Below are positions 52,286 through 64,000 of a stretch of DNA of 64,000 bases, piece after piece. Where the stretch lies: contig JAAOMT010000523.1 of NCBI GenBank assembly GCA_016748015.1, positions 804,156 through 868,155 of the forward strand. The letters are read 5' to 3'. Each line of letters opens with the position of its first letter. Position 1 is the first letter of the stretch. This DNA is from Geosiphon pyriformis uo1 (Eukaryota > Fungi > Glomeromycota). Below the pieces are notes generated by a model, which saw nothing but the letters and a program-made list of their open reading frames with translations, made no database searches and had not been told where the DNA came from. The translations under genes were made by a program, and so were the position numbers.

Positions 52286-53340
52286 ATGGCTTTGAATTCA
52301 GAGAACTTAGTCGGCAGAACAGATAATAAAATTTCTTCAATTCAACCGCTTGAAGTTCCCTTAAAAACACCACCTATACAACCTGCTCACTTTCTACGCT
52401 CATCCCAATATTTGGTTGAAGAATCGGATAAATTCACTACAAAGATGTTTCAACTATCACCTTCCGATCCCAAGCAACAGCCAGTACAAAATCAACAACC
52501 AAAGCGAAAGGTTTTATTACTTTAGCTTGGGTTTCTATGATAAATTTATATTAATTAAAATATTAAAAGCATGGGCTAATATTGTCAGATAAAAGATTCT
52601 CTACTAGAAAATCCGACTTCTTCACTTAATTTCCTTCAGCAAGAAATAATCGCAAGTTATCGTCTTATTGATGAGAGTACAAAGTCATTTAGGAAAAGAA
52701 TAGAAACTGAGGAACGCCACGAAAATGAAGTAGAATCTAAAGCGTGCAAAAAATCTAGTGAAAGGCCCCCTTATTCGTATTCCAGTCTGATTGCTCAAGC
52801 TATATTAAATTCTCCTATCAAAATGTTGACACTCAATGAAATTTATAATTGGATATCTTGGACATATCCATTCTATGATAGAGAAATCAAATCGGGGACG
52901 GGATGGATGGCAAGTTGAGGCTCTCCAAATTTTTCATAAAAAATCCATTATTAAAAGTTCTATTTGATTACAAAAATCAGAATTCTATTCGCCATAATCT
53001 TTCTTTGAATCCGGCGTTTGTCAAAATGCCTCGTCCCCTTGAATACCCGGGTAAAGGAGTCCTTTGGTCTATAGCCGAGGACCAACAAAACTTGATGGCT
53101 GATAGTTGCCTCAAAGAGCGAAGGGGGGCCAAAAAACCAAGAACAATCGCTGACCCCAATTTGTCGGTTGACAATCAGCAAGTATATGGTTTTTCCGTCC
53201 CCCAATCCCAGATCCCGGCACCATCTCCAACTCTTGTCACTCCTTCAATTCCGCCCGTTCTCCCGAATCCATCAATTTCCGATTCCGAAGCCAACCTTTC
53301 TCACCTTCTTTTTTACCGGAGTCGAGATGAGGGTGATTGA
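52286..53340 (+). CDS. Forkhead-box transcription factor, ~301 aa; exons 52286-52510, 52589-52909, 52981-53340
   Basis: [31 protein letters not shown]|[21 protein letters not shown]; exon lengths 225/321/360 keep the frame. Confidence 0.9.
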
Positions 53341-53727
53341 CTTTAAGGACCGGTCTCGATCTCTCCTATCATTAACTTAAAATTTCCAGGTACATATCTT
53401 CAATAGGTATTGCTCGCATGATTGAATTCTTATTTTTAGTTAGGTGAACAATTTTGTGGCCTTTAATAGCTACTCTCCATCTACTAGGTTACTCTAAAAT
53501 GCTTAGAGGAATGTTGTAGTGGGCTGTGACTAGTTTCAATAAAATGTAAAACTATTCCAACTCCAATGTTGTGATCAATGATGATTATATTTTTATATTC
53601 TGTTTTTTTTTGTTACAATATAATAATAGATATTATCATATTTATTCTTGACCTGCAATATACATCTTGGGGATTCATCAATTTGATTGATCAACATGAG
53701 TTTTAAATACATATTAGGACAATATTT

Positions 53728-54775
53728 CTAATTATCAAAACTAAATCGCCGATTCGCTTTATTCTGCGACCTGAACTGCTTGGCTTCTTTACGTCTTTGA
53801 TCTTCTGCCTTCTTACTGGTAAAAAATGAGGTTAAACGCTGAGGATAATACAAAATAAATAACTTGACAATGAAACCTACAGACGCTCAATTCTTAGGAG
53901 TTTTTCTTTGTTTGGGCCTTTTGGGACTTCTGCAGCTTTCACAATTGCATCGTATAATTTTGTGATGCAATCATCAAAATTGTGCTGTTGTGACCGTGTT
54001 CGATCTGAGGTTAAAACGAATTCACCTTTTTTATTTATATGATGAGCTTCCTGTTTTTAACCCAAAAAATCAAAATTAATAATTTTAATCTTTTGCGACA
54101 AAATGAATTCTGGGTTTAAAGTCACCTGAATCACTAATTTTGTTCGTGCATACTCTGGTATCCACAACGCTTGCTCTAAATTAATTCTCATGTCAACTTT
54201 AGTGTTAACTAATATTTTAATTTTGAAAAAGAATTTAATAATTTCTGTAGAGAAAGTTTTTGACATGGAGCAAAGTATATGCTCTATATAAAAAAATTGC
54301 TCGCACGCTTATTAACATTTTGCCCCCCAGGACCACTGCTTCGCGAATATGCTATCGTCAATTTTTCTATGCAATTTTAGTGATATCATGAGAAATATGA
54401 GATCAATTGGTTTTCAAAAGTATTTCATTAAGGGGCGTTTTACATTTTTTTTCCCCATAAGAAGCTAGTGAAACAATAATTTTTACTACCCCTTGGTATA
54501 GAATCTTTTTTAAAATTTTGGAGCCATTTCTCTGCTTGCTCTTTATTTTCTGGCGTATCAAGGGTTGATACATGACGCTTCGGGAAAATCAGGGGTAAAG
54601 AGCTTTTAAAGAAAGAAGCTTGGGGTTCTAATTTAAAAATTTTATTTAAAGTATGAAAACTGTAAGAAGGGCAACTGATTGCTATTCCTAAGCAAAATCT
54701 GGGGTTTTTCTTGAGGAAGAAAGAATTTATATTAGAAAATGAATTTAAAAAGCGATGAGTTGAGAAGGCGAACAT
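53728..54775 (-). CDS. PTH4: Mitochondrial codon-independent peptidyl-tRNA hydrolase (ICT1/Pth4); exons 54775-54490, 54366-54307, 54208-54126, 54050-53881, 53815-53728
   Basis: YSRSSGPGGQNVNKLNTKVDMR, TSDRTRSQQHNFDDC, basic C-terminal tail, presequence-like N-terminus, GT-AG introns. Confidence 0.88.
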
Positions 54776-55016
54776 GATAATAATTTGAGGATAAAAATCT
54801 ATGAAATTGGAAATAGTTTTTTGATTGGGTCTAACTCTTTATAGAAGGTAGATTTCATGATTATCACCCATCATCCCTTTTGAAATTCTCCCCGCGTCAT
54901 TTTTCACCTTTTCTTTTGTTCTCGAAACTTCAGAAATATTTGTTGTGACGTATTTTCACAAAGGAAAAGTCCATTCAATTCGAAAAATTTCATAGCAACT
55001 ATTTTTGAGGGAAGCC

Positions 55017-56185
55017 ATGTTACGAAACCTGTCAAAGTTAAGATCTTATTCCCAAATACAATTACACAAAAATAATACACGTTCACAATCTCTCTCTTTT
55101 TTTACTTCTACACGCCAGCTACTAAACAAAAATCACAATTCCAAAACGAGTCTTGGTCCTCATGTAGCACGCACTACACTTATATCGCCACTTGCGTTAA
55201 AAGCTCAACAATCACCACCGACAATATGGAAACCTGTTATTTTTGCTGTAGTTACATCTACCACAATATTCTCTGTTGCTGTGGTAGTCGAAGAGCGTAG
55301 GAGAGAATCGCTAAAGAGACGTTTACAACGTTGGACAAACAAGTGGGATCTTTCCGTACATGATTGGCATCGGTACAGAGCATGGCTAGCAGAATACAGC
55401 TTAGCTCGACAAGTCAAACGACTAGAATCCTTAGGAGTACCAAAGGAAATACAAAGAATTTGGACTCTTATATTTAAAAAATGGCATTATTTATCAGATA
55501 GCCAAAAAACTATGGGAGGCATTATCATAGTTAATGCGATTGTCTATGGAATGTGGCAGTTGAAAAGCCTTCATCCTTTGATGAACAGATATTTTTTGCA
55601 TAACCCCTTATCGGGTCGTTCACTGACACTTTTAACTTCTGTATTCAGTCACCACGCGTTCTGGCACTTGGGATTAAATATGATGGCTCTTTATTCGCTC
55701 GGTAGCGTTGTTCATAATTCAATGGGACGGGAACAATTCCTCGCATTTTATATCACCTCTGGAATCTGGTCCTCATTAGTCAGTCATATTTTATCGCTGA
55801 AATTTTCTCCACTGGCTAGAATTATCCCTTCGCTAGGTGCATCAGGAGCAATCTTTGCATGCCTCAGCTCATGTGCCGTACTATATCCAGATGCTTCTGT
55901 TTATATTATATTTCTACCGTTTTTCCCCATAAAGATTAGTTACGCACTTCCAGTTTTAATGTCTCTAGATTTCTTGGGGATTATCAGAAGATGGAAGATT
56001 TTCGATCATTATGTTAGTACTCAATTATCGTTTACTTATGATTATTTTTTTTCTTTGCAATGTTATGAACTAATTTTTTGACATACGAGTAGGCACATTT
56101 GGCTGGCGCATCGTTTGGTATCCTATATACAAAGTATGGCCATGAATATATATGGCAGCCATTGCATGCCCGCCTCATTTCCTAA
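55017..56185 (+). CDS. PCP1: Mitochondrial rhomboid protease (Pcp1/PARL); exons 55017-56012, 56093-56185
   Basis: SVFSH..WHLGLNM, catalytic GASG, FDHY|AHLAG; Arg/Ser-rich presequence. Confidence 0.9.
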
Positions 56186-57478
56186 CAGGTCTTAGGACCA
56201 CATGGCTGTGCTTGAAATTTGAATACTATGCATAAGCTTAGTCTTTTTTAAGGCTCACTTGGACTCACCACTTCTTGATTTGTTGGTTTCATCGTGCTGT
56301 TTCTTATGATCTCTATCCTACGGTTTGATCTTGTCATTTATTATTTGTAGGTCACACGTGCGCATTTCACTATGCGAAAACGTCAATAAGGGGCTATTAA
56401 GAGGATGCCTTCTTTAAAATGGTTATCACGCACTGAACTGCTTTTCATATATTCAGCTATCGAATTTGAAATTATCTCAAATATTCGGCTTCACGAAATT
56501 TCATTTGCTCCAACTGAGACTTTAATATTTGTTAATATCTCTTTGCCCGAAAGTATTGACACCTAAGTTTATTTTCAGTTATAGCCCTAAGAACCAGTGT
56601 AAGCTATCTGCAGTCAGAGGTGCATGTGAGACATACTTTCTTTTTGATCGTAAAAAAAAATCAACAATGGATACTATTAGGGATTCCATAAAGATAGGAA
56701 TTAGAGTCTTGTTATTTATCAATCTGGAAAAAAAACGAATCGAAATTTAGGTATATGCGTGCCTTTTAATACACGAAAATTATTCCAAGAAAAAATGAGT
56801 AGGGATATTCGAAATCATCAATAAATGAATGTGAAAAAGTCGTTGAATGCCAGTTATTCCTATAAAATTTCGTGGTTTACGTGGGAATAATCTTGGGCGG
56901 AAGATAACAGAGTTTAGTATGAGAAAAATGCTATTGAGGCTCGGAAAACAATCTGTTTTCTTTTACTTGAATTGAATTTTATTTAGTTTGGGGAATTGCC
57001 GATGATACGATGCATCTCGTCGGTTTCGTGCCGTCAGAAACAAGAAATTTATTCTTTGACCATCGAGCGAGGATTAAAAGAACGAATGAGAATATCGTGA
57101 CCAATAAAGGACTGGAGTAAACTGTCAACCCAGAGCCAGCGTAAGGCAACTTTTTTACGCAGTCTGGTGACAGATACAACTTAGTTCTCTGAGAGATGAC
57201 TACAGAATAAAATATATACAAAATGCAAAATAACTTTTTGCTATATCTAAAGCGTAGTGGAATATGTTGTAGTTTAGCTCAGGTTACAGCTCTGGGATAT
57301 GACTCTTAGAAACCCACACCTACTATTATACTTTTGCACCTTCAAAATGTCTGTGTTGTGTTTCTGCCTTTTACTGCCAGCTACTTGTTATCGTCAAGCA
57401 AAACAACCAACATGGGAATTTTTTCGGATTCAAAAGTCCATTATTATCCACTCGCTTTCAATACTCTTTATGAAGATT

Positions 57479-58045
57479 TTAATTTTTTTTCTGCCGATAC
57501 TGGAACCATTCATCTTCGTCACTGCAATAGCTTTTCTGCTGGTTCTCGATATTCATAAATTTATCATAGCAACTGCACCGGCCAGCGCGACGACACTCTG
57601 GGCGCCACATGGCTCCACACATTTTCTTTCGAGGATGAGATATTATTATCGCGTCGTCTGAGTCATTGCCGGAGTCCAGTTCATCGTCGGCATTTTCGCC
57701 GTCAGACTCTTCCGAAAATTGGTATGATGAGGAAGCGGGTGAGGAAGAAAAGGAAGAAAGTTCACTGTCGTTCTGGTGGAGGTTATCGTCAACGACTGAA
57801 AATGTATTATTATTAACCCTTTCGACATTTATTAGTTGAGTTTCATACCCGGCAAGCTCAACCTCTTCCACACTTAGGGTTGTGACAAGATTCTGAGTAA
57901 CTTCGGAATTTGTTAAGTTGAAAGGGAAGTCTTTAATAAGCAAGTTCCAATCGACTGTGTCTTTTTGCTTTCCAAGTGTCATTCTTGATTTTTTACTAGC
58001 TTTGGTTGCGTGAGCCTGAACCTCTTGGATTCTTTTTGACGACAT
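57479..58045 (-). CDS. Hypothetical 188-aa protein with an acidic Ser-rich middle and a Cys cluster
   Basis: ATG-initiated ORF in CpG-retaining DNA; no family recognised. Confidence 0.55.
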   Translation of the reverse strand: MSSKRIQEVQAHATKASKKSRMTLGKQKDTVDWNLLIKDFPFNLTNSEVTQNLVTTLSVEEVELAGYETQLINVERVNNNTFSVVDDNLHQNDSELSSFSSSPASSSYQFSEESDGENADDELDSGNDSDDAIIISHPRKKMCGAMWRPECRRAGRCSCYDKFMNIENQQKSYCSDEDEWFQYRQKKN

Positions 58046-58499
58046 AGTGTTTTTTTTTGGGCGAGTTTTAAGACTGGTTCTGTTATGATCTTGTATGTGA
58101 ATGGTGTTCTTTGTGAATAAAATTAATACCTGAAGAATTTTCTCTTTGATAAGACCAAAGAGTTTGTCAACTTTCCACGCGCGTTTTAATAATTGGAGGG
58201 AAAGCTATAAAGAAACCCAGAGAAAACGCAGGTATGAAATAACGTTGAATAAGAAAAAGGCGTGAGAATTCAAAAACTCTTGCCGTGGTGCGATTTTTGT
58301 TAATGATCCCATGTTTAGAAGCCAGCGAAAATTTCAAGGTAGAGGGTTCTCAAACTGTACTGATTTCGGAGTGATTTCTAGGGGACTTTGATTCATAAAG
58401 AGGGCCAATATTTGCATAATACCCCAATTCTCAAGATTATCGAAATTCATGATCATATGATAAGGCTTCTTTGATTTATAAATTAAGATAAAAATAAGC

Positions 58500-61080
58500 A
58501 AGTTTTATCGCTTTTATTAAGAACAATAAATTTTACTTATTTTTATATATTTTTAAATGAATAAAGGCATTTAAAGTCGACAATTTTGAAACCAAGTCAT
58601 GTAATATTAAAATTTTGGGTTTTTCAATATCTTTTGAAATATTAATTATATTTTTAAACAATAAATTTTGTAAAAAATCTGTTAAAATTTTTATATATAT
58701 TTATATAACTTTAAATTTTTTTTAAAAAATAACAAATTAAATTTAAAATTACAAAAACTACAATATTTTTTTGTTTATAATTATTTTTTTAAGTTGTTTT
58801 TTATATATTTTAAAAAAGTTTAATTTACAATAAATTTGGAGTAAAAAATACAATATATAATTTTTGTTTAAAAAAATTAAATTGTGCTATAAAAATATAA
58901 TTAATAATTAAAATTAATGTAAAGTCTTAATCAATATAAATAATTAGTTATATAAAAAAACATAAATTGCATATTAATAAATAGTAAATAAGTTTTAATT
59001 TATAAAATATTTAATTATTAAATACAAAATTCAATTATTGTATTAATTATATATTTTTGTTCTTGGTATTTTAAAAAAATAATAAATATTTTTATAACTT
59101 AGTTTTTTAAAATTTTTATTTTATAATTAATTAAAATTTAGAAATATTAACAACATATTTAATAATATATATTATTATCAACTAAAATTTAAATTATAAT
59201 TATTGTTAACAATATTGTAAATTAAATTATTAAATCAAAATTACAATTATTATTATTAATTAGAATTAAGCTAAAAATTGTTTTAATTTTTAAATATTAT
59301 TAATTATTTTTATTTTATTTTCTTATTATATTAATTGTATTTTTTTTTATTTAAATTATTATTAATATAAAGTTTTAATTTTATATATAAATAATAAAAA
59401 ATAAAAATTATTAATTTACAATCATAATAAAATACTATATTTAAAATATGTAAAATTTTTAATTTTTAATACAAAATAAAATTTAAGTAATTAAGTAAAT
59501 TACAAATAATTTAAGTTAAAGTTTATGTATTTTAAATATATTTTAAATAAAATTTAATTAATTTAGATTAAAATTTTTAAAATAATCAATAATTTACTAA
59601 AATTTATATTTAATTTTAAGAAGTAATAAATAATTTAATAAAAACAAAAACTTAAAAACATTATTATAAAAAAATTATTAAATAGTAAATTCCATAATTT
59701 AATACTAGAATAATATTAATAATTTAAAATTTTTGAATATATTTAAAGAATTTGATAATTGAATTCTTTGTATAATAAATAAAATTTTTTTTAATGACTA
59801 ATAATGCTTAATATTTAATTTTTTAGCATAATAATTAGTTTATTCTAATATTTTTTATTTTTTTAATAGGCAATATTGGTTTTTTAATTATTTTCTTTAT
59901 TATTTCTTATATTTTTTACCAAACAATTTTTAATATTATAATTTTAATGCTTTACTTTAATAAATTAATAATTTTTTAAAATACAACAACAATAAATAAA
60001 TAAAACAAAATAAAATACAATAAAATAAAAAAATTAATATTTTATTAATAGTTATAATTAAAAGTTATTGTTTTAATATAATTAGATTTTTTTCATATTA
60101 ATATTCAAAAATAGTTAGAGTGTAAAATTAATATTTTTTATTAATTATTTTAAGTAATAAATTTTTAATTTTTGAAATAAAAAGATAAAAATAATAAAAA
60201 TAATTAATAAAAAAATTATTTTAAAAGAATTGTTTTTTTGTTTTTAAAGCTATTATTATATATATAAATTTTTATAATATAAAATTTCTAGAATTTCTAG
60301 TAATTTTTATATTTTTTTTAATTATTGTTAAAATTTTTGGTATTTTGGGATTTTTGTCTGTATTTTTAAAATTTTTGATTTTATGTTATTTACTAATATT
60401 TAATATATAATTGATTAATTTATGCTATATTAATAATTGTTTTGTTTTTTTTATTACTTTATAAGTAATAATATACAATAAATATTTAAATAGTAATAGT
60501 TTTTACAATAAAATTTATAAAAACAAATTTTTTTTTATTTGTTTTATTAAAAATTAATAAATTTACAATTGTTTAATTATTAATTATTAACATATTAGTT
60601 TATTTTAAACTATTATATTTAGAATAAGTATTATTATTATTGTTTAAAAAAATATTTTTTTGGAATTTTTAAAACCAAAATAATTTATTATTGAGTTTTA
60701 TGTTTTTTTAAAATTTATTAATTATTATATCTAAAAACTTTTTATAATTGAAATTAGATAATAATTATTTTAAAAATTTGGATTTAAATGTTAGCTTACA
60801 GTTTTTTTTCAATATTTTAAAATATATATTGCATTAATAAAATTAAGCCAAAATTTTAGCAACAATATATGAATAATAAAATTGGTGTTATTATTAACAA
60901 AATAATTGTTTTTAAAAACATATCAAAAATTGATATAATAAAATATAATAACTTCAATTTACAATAAATTTTTAATATTAAAAATAAATGATAATAACTA
61001 TAAATTTTAATTTTTTTTTATAATCAAACATTTTTAATAAAACAATTACAATAATCAATAGAAATAATTTGTTATTTATG
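58500..61080. mobile_element. Extremely AT-rich decayed repeat block
   Basis: Almost no G/C, no ORFs; sharp borders with the genes on either side. Confidence 0.65.
59662..60470 (-). repeat. Heavily mutated solo LTR of the A-D family
   Basis: TTCTTTGTATAAT, TTGATTAATTTATGCTA and terminal ATAAGTAATA match D-type LTR landmarks; flanks ACAT/ATAT. Confidence 0.6.
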
Positions 61081-61189
61081 ATTTTTCAACTTTGTGTAAT
61101 ACGTAATGACTTACATTTTCATTTAGTTGACTTTTTATTAAAGTAACAACACACTTTCTGAGCTCTTAATTCGATTCATAAATACGAAT

Positions 61190-63236
61190 ATGATTAATAT
61201 GGCCGACGCTATCGTAGACGCCAATGAGTATTTGATGGAGTATCTAGCAAGTACGTAAACTTATATAGCTCCTTTTTTCATTTCTTACAGTTGAAATCTA
61301 AACGTACTATTTTTTTGACTAACCTCCCCGTAATCACAGGCATTGATAACCTTTCACCAGAGATCAATCATTTATTCAGCGAAGTAGAGAGCAAGGACAA
61401 ACAAGTTGAAGGTTTAGTTTCAGTTATTTTCTATCCTCACAAAATATTTGATCTGCCAAAAAATTTTATTTCATCAATATCGGCTTTCAAAGACCAATTA
61501 TTTGAACAACAAATCTAATTGTATGCTTATTTAACATCCAGATCTTCGCAAAAACATGAAGAACCTTCAAAAAAGACTTTGGAATATGATGGATGGTGTG
61601 TCATCAGAAGATGAAAGTGGGGAAGGCGACGAGGATGATGAAGATGAACCCCGGTTTTCAATTAAGAGACGACGAATAGATAGTTTAAATGAAGATATAA
61701 AAAAATACACTGAGCAGGAACTTGTACAAAAAATACGCGATGGGTATGCAAAAGCGATTCAGCTTTCTGATGAGAAGTGTGAAATTGTGGCTAAAGCTCT
61801 GAATTTGGTAAAAGTTTACAATCCTTGATTATATGCTTCTATTTACTTTAATTTCTTATTTTAGTTTGCTTATATCATTCACCCTTTCAGGTAAAACGTC
61901 ATACAAAGCGTATGGAGGACGACTTTGTTGCCTTATTCCCACATCACTCTCTACCTTCAGCGGCTGCAAACCTACCAAATGTTAATACAGCTAATGCAGC
62001 CCTGATACAAGCCATCGCCACAAATCCTATGTCTAATTTGGGACAGGTCCATGCTGAATTTGATTCCTTATCTCGGCGATCACCTAGTCTTGAATCCGAA
62101 GATTCTCAATTCTGTAAAGCATCATAATAGAGTTATTGAATTCTAATTTAATTAGCAAATCGATCCTACCTTCTAACAATATTGTTTCTTAGCGTTGCCA
62201 TTCCTTCCAAATCCTCAAAATGGTGGATCTCTGACAACTTTAGGCTTAAGAGGAAGGAAATAGTTTAAAGTCGAGGGTTACCAAATTCATTCGTAATTTA
62301 ACGTGATTTTTTGAAATTTTGAATTTAGGACGTAAATCAGGTTCTAATCTTGGGAGAAAACGAGGTTCAAGGTAAGATTCTTTAATCAAAATGCTATATA
62401 TCATATTTTCTTGAACTATTATTTTTTGGTGATTATAATTGGATCTGCTATTTAGAACACCGACCTACACAAATACCAATAACAACAATAATACCCAAAA
62501 AGGAATTAAATTTCGAATTACCACCGAGGATTATCAATTTGGTACATCAGATAATTCGTCACATCAGACCTTTAGTGATTTTACCGGATTGGAGTTCGTT
62601 CCAACTACGGAAGACACCGGATATACCGAGGATGTCATATCTACCTCCAGTTTTGTAGGGATGTCTGGTTTGGAACCCACATACTGTATTTGTAATCAAG
62701 TTAGTTTTGGAGAAATGATCGGATGCGATGGGGAGGTACGTTAATTGTCAATATATTGCGGAGTAGAGCTTTTAAAAGTCATACTTATTGAAATTTAAAC
62801 TTGCAGAATTGTCGTTACGAATGGTTCCACATAGGGTGTGTTGGCCTAGAAAAAGTCCCAAAGGGCAAATGGTTTTGTGATACATGTGCTAAGACTAATA
62901 TTCCTGCTCCGCCCGTTAAGAAAAGGAAACGAGGTCGCCCTGTTGGATCGTAAGTGTTGTTCAACATTTTTTTGGGTTTTTATATATTGTGGTTATTCAC
63001 ATATACCTATAATCTTACTCTTCAGAACAAAAAGTCATATTACGACTAATGAAGAATTTTTGCAGGAAGAAATTACTGGTCTTGGTGGGCATGTTAGTTC
63101 TGCAGTGGAATCAGAACTTTTGGTTGGCTCTAATTCGCAGTCTTCCTCAAATTCTGAATCGGATTCATCGTCAGTTGCTGAATCACCGGCAAGTTCGCCG
63201 CTCCCAGTACCAGCAAATTCTAACTTTACTTTGTAA
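61190..63236 (+). CDS. ING-family PHD-finger chromatin reader (Yng2/Pho23-like), multi-exon
   Basis: YLMEYLA|SIDNLSPEINHLFSEVESKD ING domain, AIQLSDEK; PHD EPTYCICNQVSFGEMIGCDGE|NCRYEWFHIGCVGL..PKGKWFCDTC. Confidence 0.9.
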
Positions 63237-63550
63237 TATATGGTCCGTTAATCAAATCCTGCACATCGATCTTTTATATACGTTAACAAATTTGTTTTCA
63301 TCTTCGTCAAGTCATTTATAATTTATTTTGTAAGCTTTCAATTGAACATTTTAATGGCACTAGAAGTGTATGGTATTTTTTAAAAAGATATCGATGACAT
63401 CAACTTCGCTAATTGGGAAATACAATATACCGACTGGGTGCTGTGGAGAGTTTGAAGTATATTAAAACCGAAAATTACTGTTATGCTTTTAAGCTAAGAT
63501 AATTCTGAGACTTAATTTTTTTCAAGACCGAGGCCTTCGTGGCTTTATAA

Positions 63551-64000
63551 TCATGTTTTCGATTCCGCTAATCCATTAATAATTTGTGAACTATTGTTTT
63601 CATTATCTTGTTTATTCTTTTTTTGAACCGAATTTTTAAGATTTCCCTTATTATTGTGCCATCTAATCCACGTTTGTTCTCGTTTCGCGTGTTCTTCTGA
63701 TTTGAATGAGAAGTACTATTTTTCACCCAAAAACGTTAACTTCCATAAAATTATGGAAAAATTCGAATTAAGATTTTAAATAGAATAACCCAAACCTTTT
63801 CCCGAAAATGATAATGCCCCGGTTTCTTGTTACTTTCTTCGATGTTGGGATTTGTATTTACATTCTGATCACTGGTAAGAGGATTGCCTGTCTGATAAAT
63901 AGTCTCCAATCCTTTGTAATTATCATTCACATAAGCACGGTAAACACCAAGGACATTTTTCTTTGATTTTTCCATGGTGATTAGCCGGCGACTCCACGCG
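63551..64000 (-). CDS. TRM11: 3' end of tRNA (guanine-10-N2)-methyltransferase; exons >64000-63796 and 63715-63551
   Basis: WSRRLITMEK...GHYHFREK|YFS matches the TRMT11 C-terminal signature SRRLITMEK..GH..FREKYFS. Confidence 0.8.

Noticed and set aside
56529-57300. Short ORFs between PCP1 and the orphan gene
   Set aside because: No recognisable motif or convincing splice model.
57299-57661. 120-aa plus-strand hydrophobic ORF
   Set aside because: Overlaps the longer, more plausible minus-strand ORF in antisense.

Overview
Eukaryotic, intron-containing, AT-rich fungal DNA. The repeat families resemble Glomeromycotina repeats, and from memory Geosiphon-like ones (unverified). Bases 1-~50,900 are almost entirely decayed transposons: a stack of Ty3/Gypsy LTR retrotransposons nested about six deep (F > E > A > B > C > C'), with element D also inserted in A and junctions resolvable by 4-bp target-site duplications (TSDs). 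Also present are two pogo/Tigger DNA transposons, solo LTRs and LINE ORF1 relics, all heavily C>T/G>A mutated. Bases ~51,000-64,000 hold ordinary spliced genes (forkhead TF, PTH4/ICT1, PCP1 rhomboid, an orphan, an ING-family PHD gene, the 3' end of TRM11), split by a further AT-rich relic. The main finding is the architecture of the gypsy family, reconstructed from four copies, which appears tri-cistronic. ORF1 is one frame encoding Gag, protease, a large Cys-rich insert, dUTPase, RT and RNase H. Integrase follows as a separate ORF behind a stop codon shared by all four copies and a 30-32 nt spacer. A fast-diverging, non-Env ~211-aa ORF3 ends on the polypurine tract (PPT). No copy is intact, so these conclusions rest on cross-copy comparison by eye.
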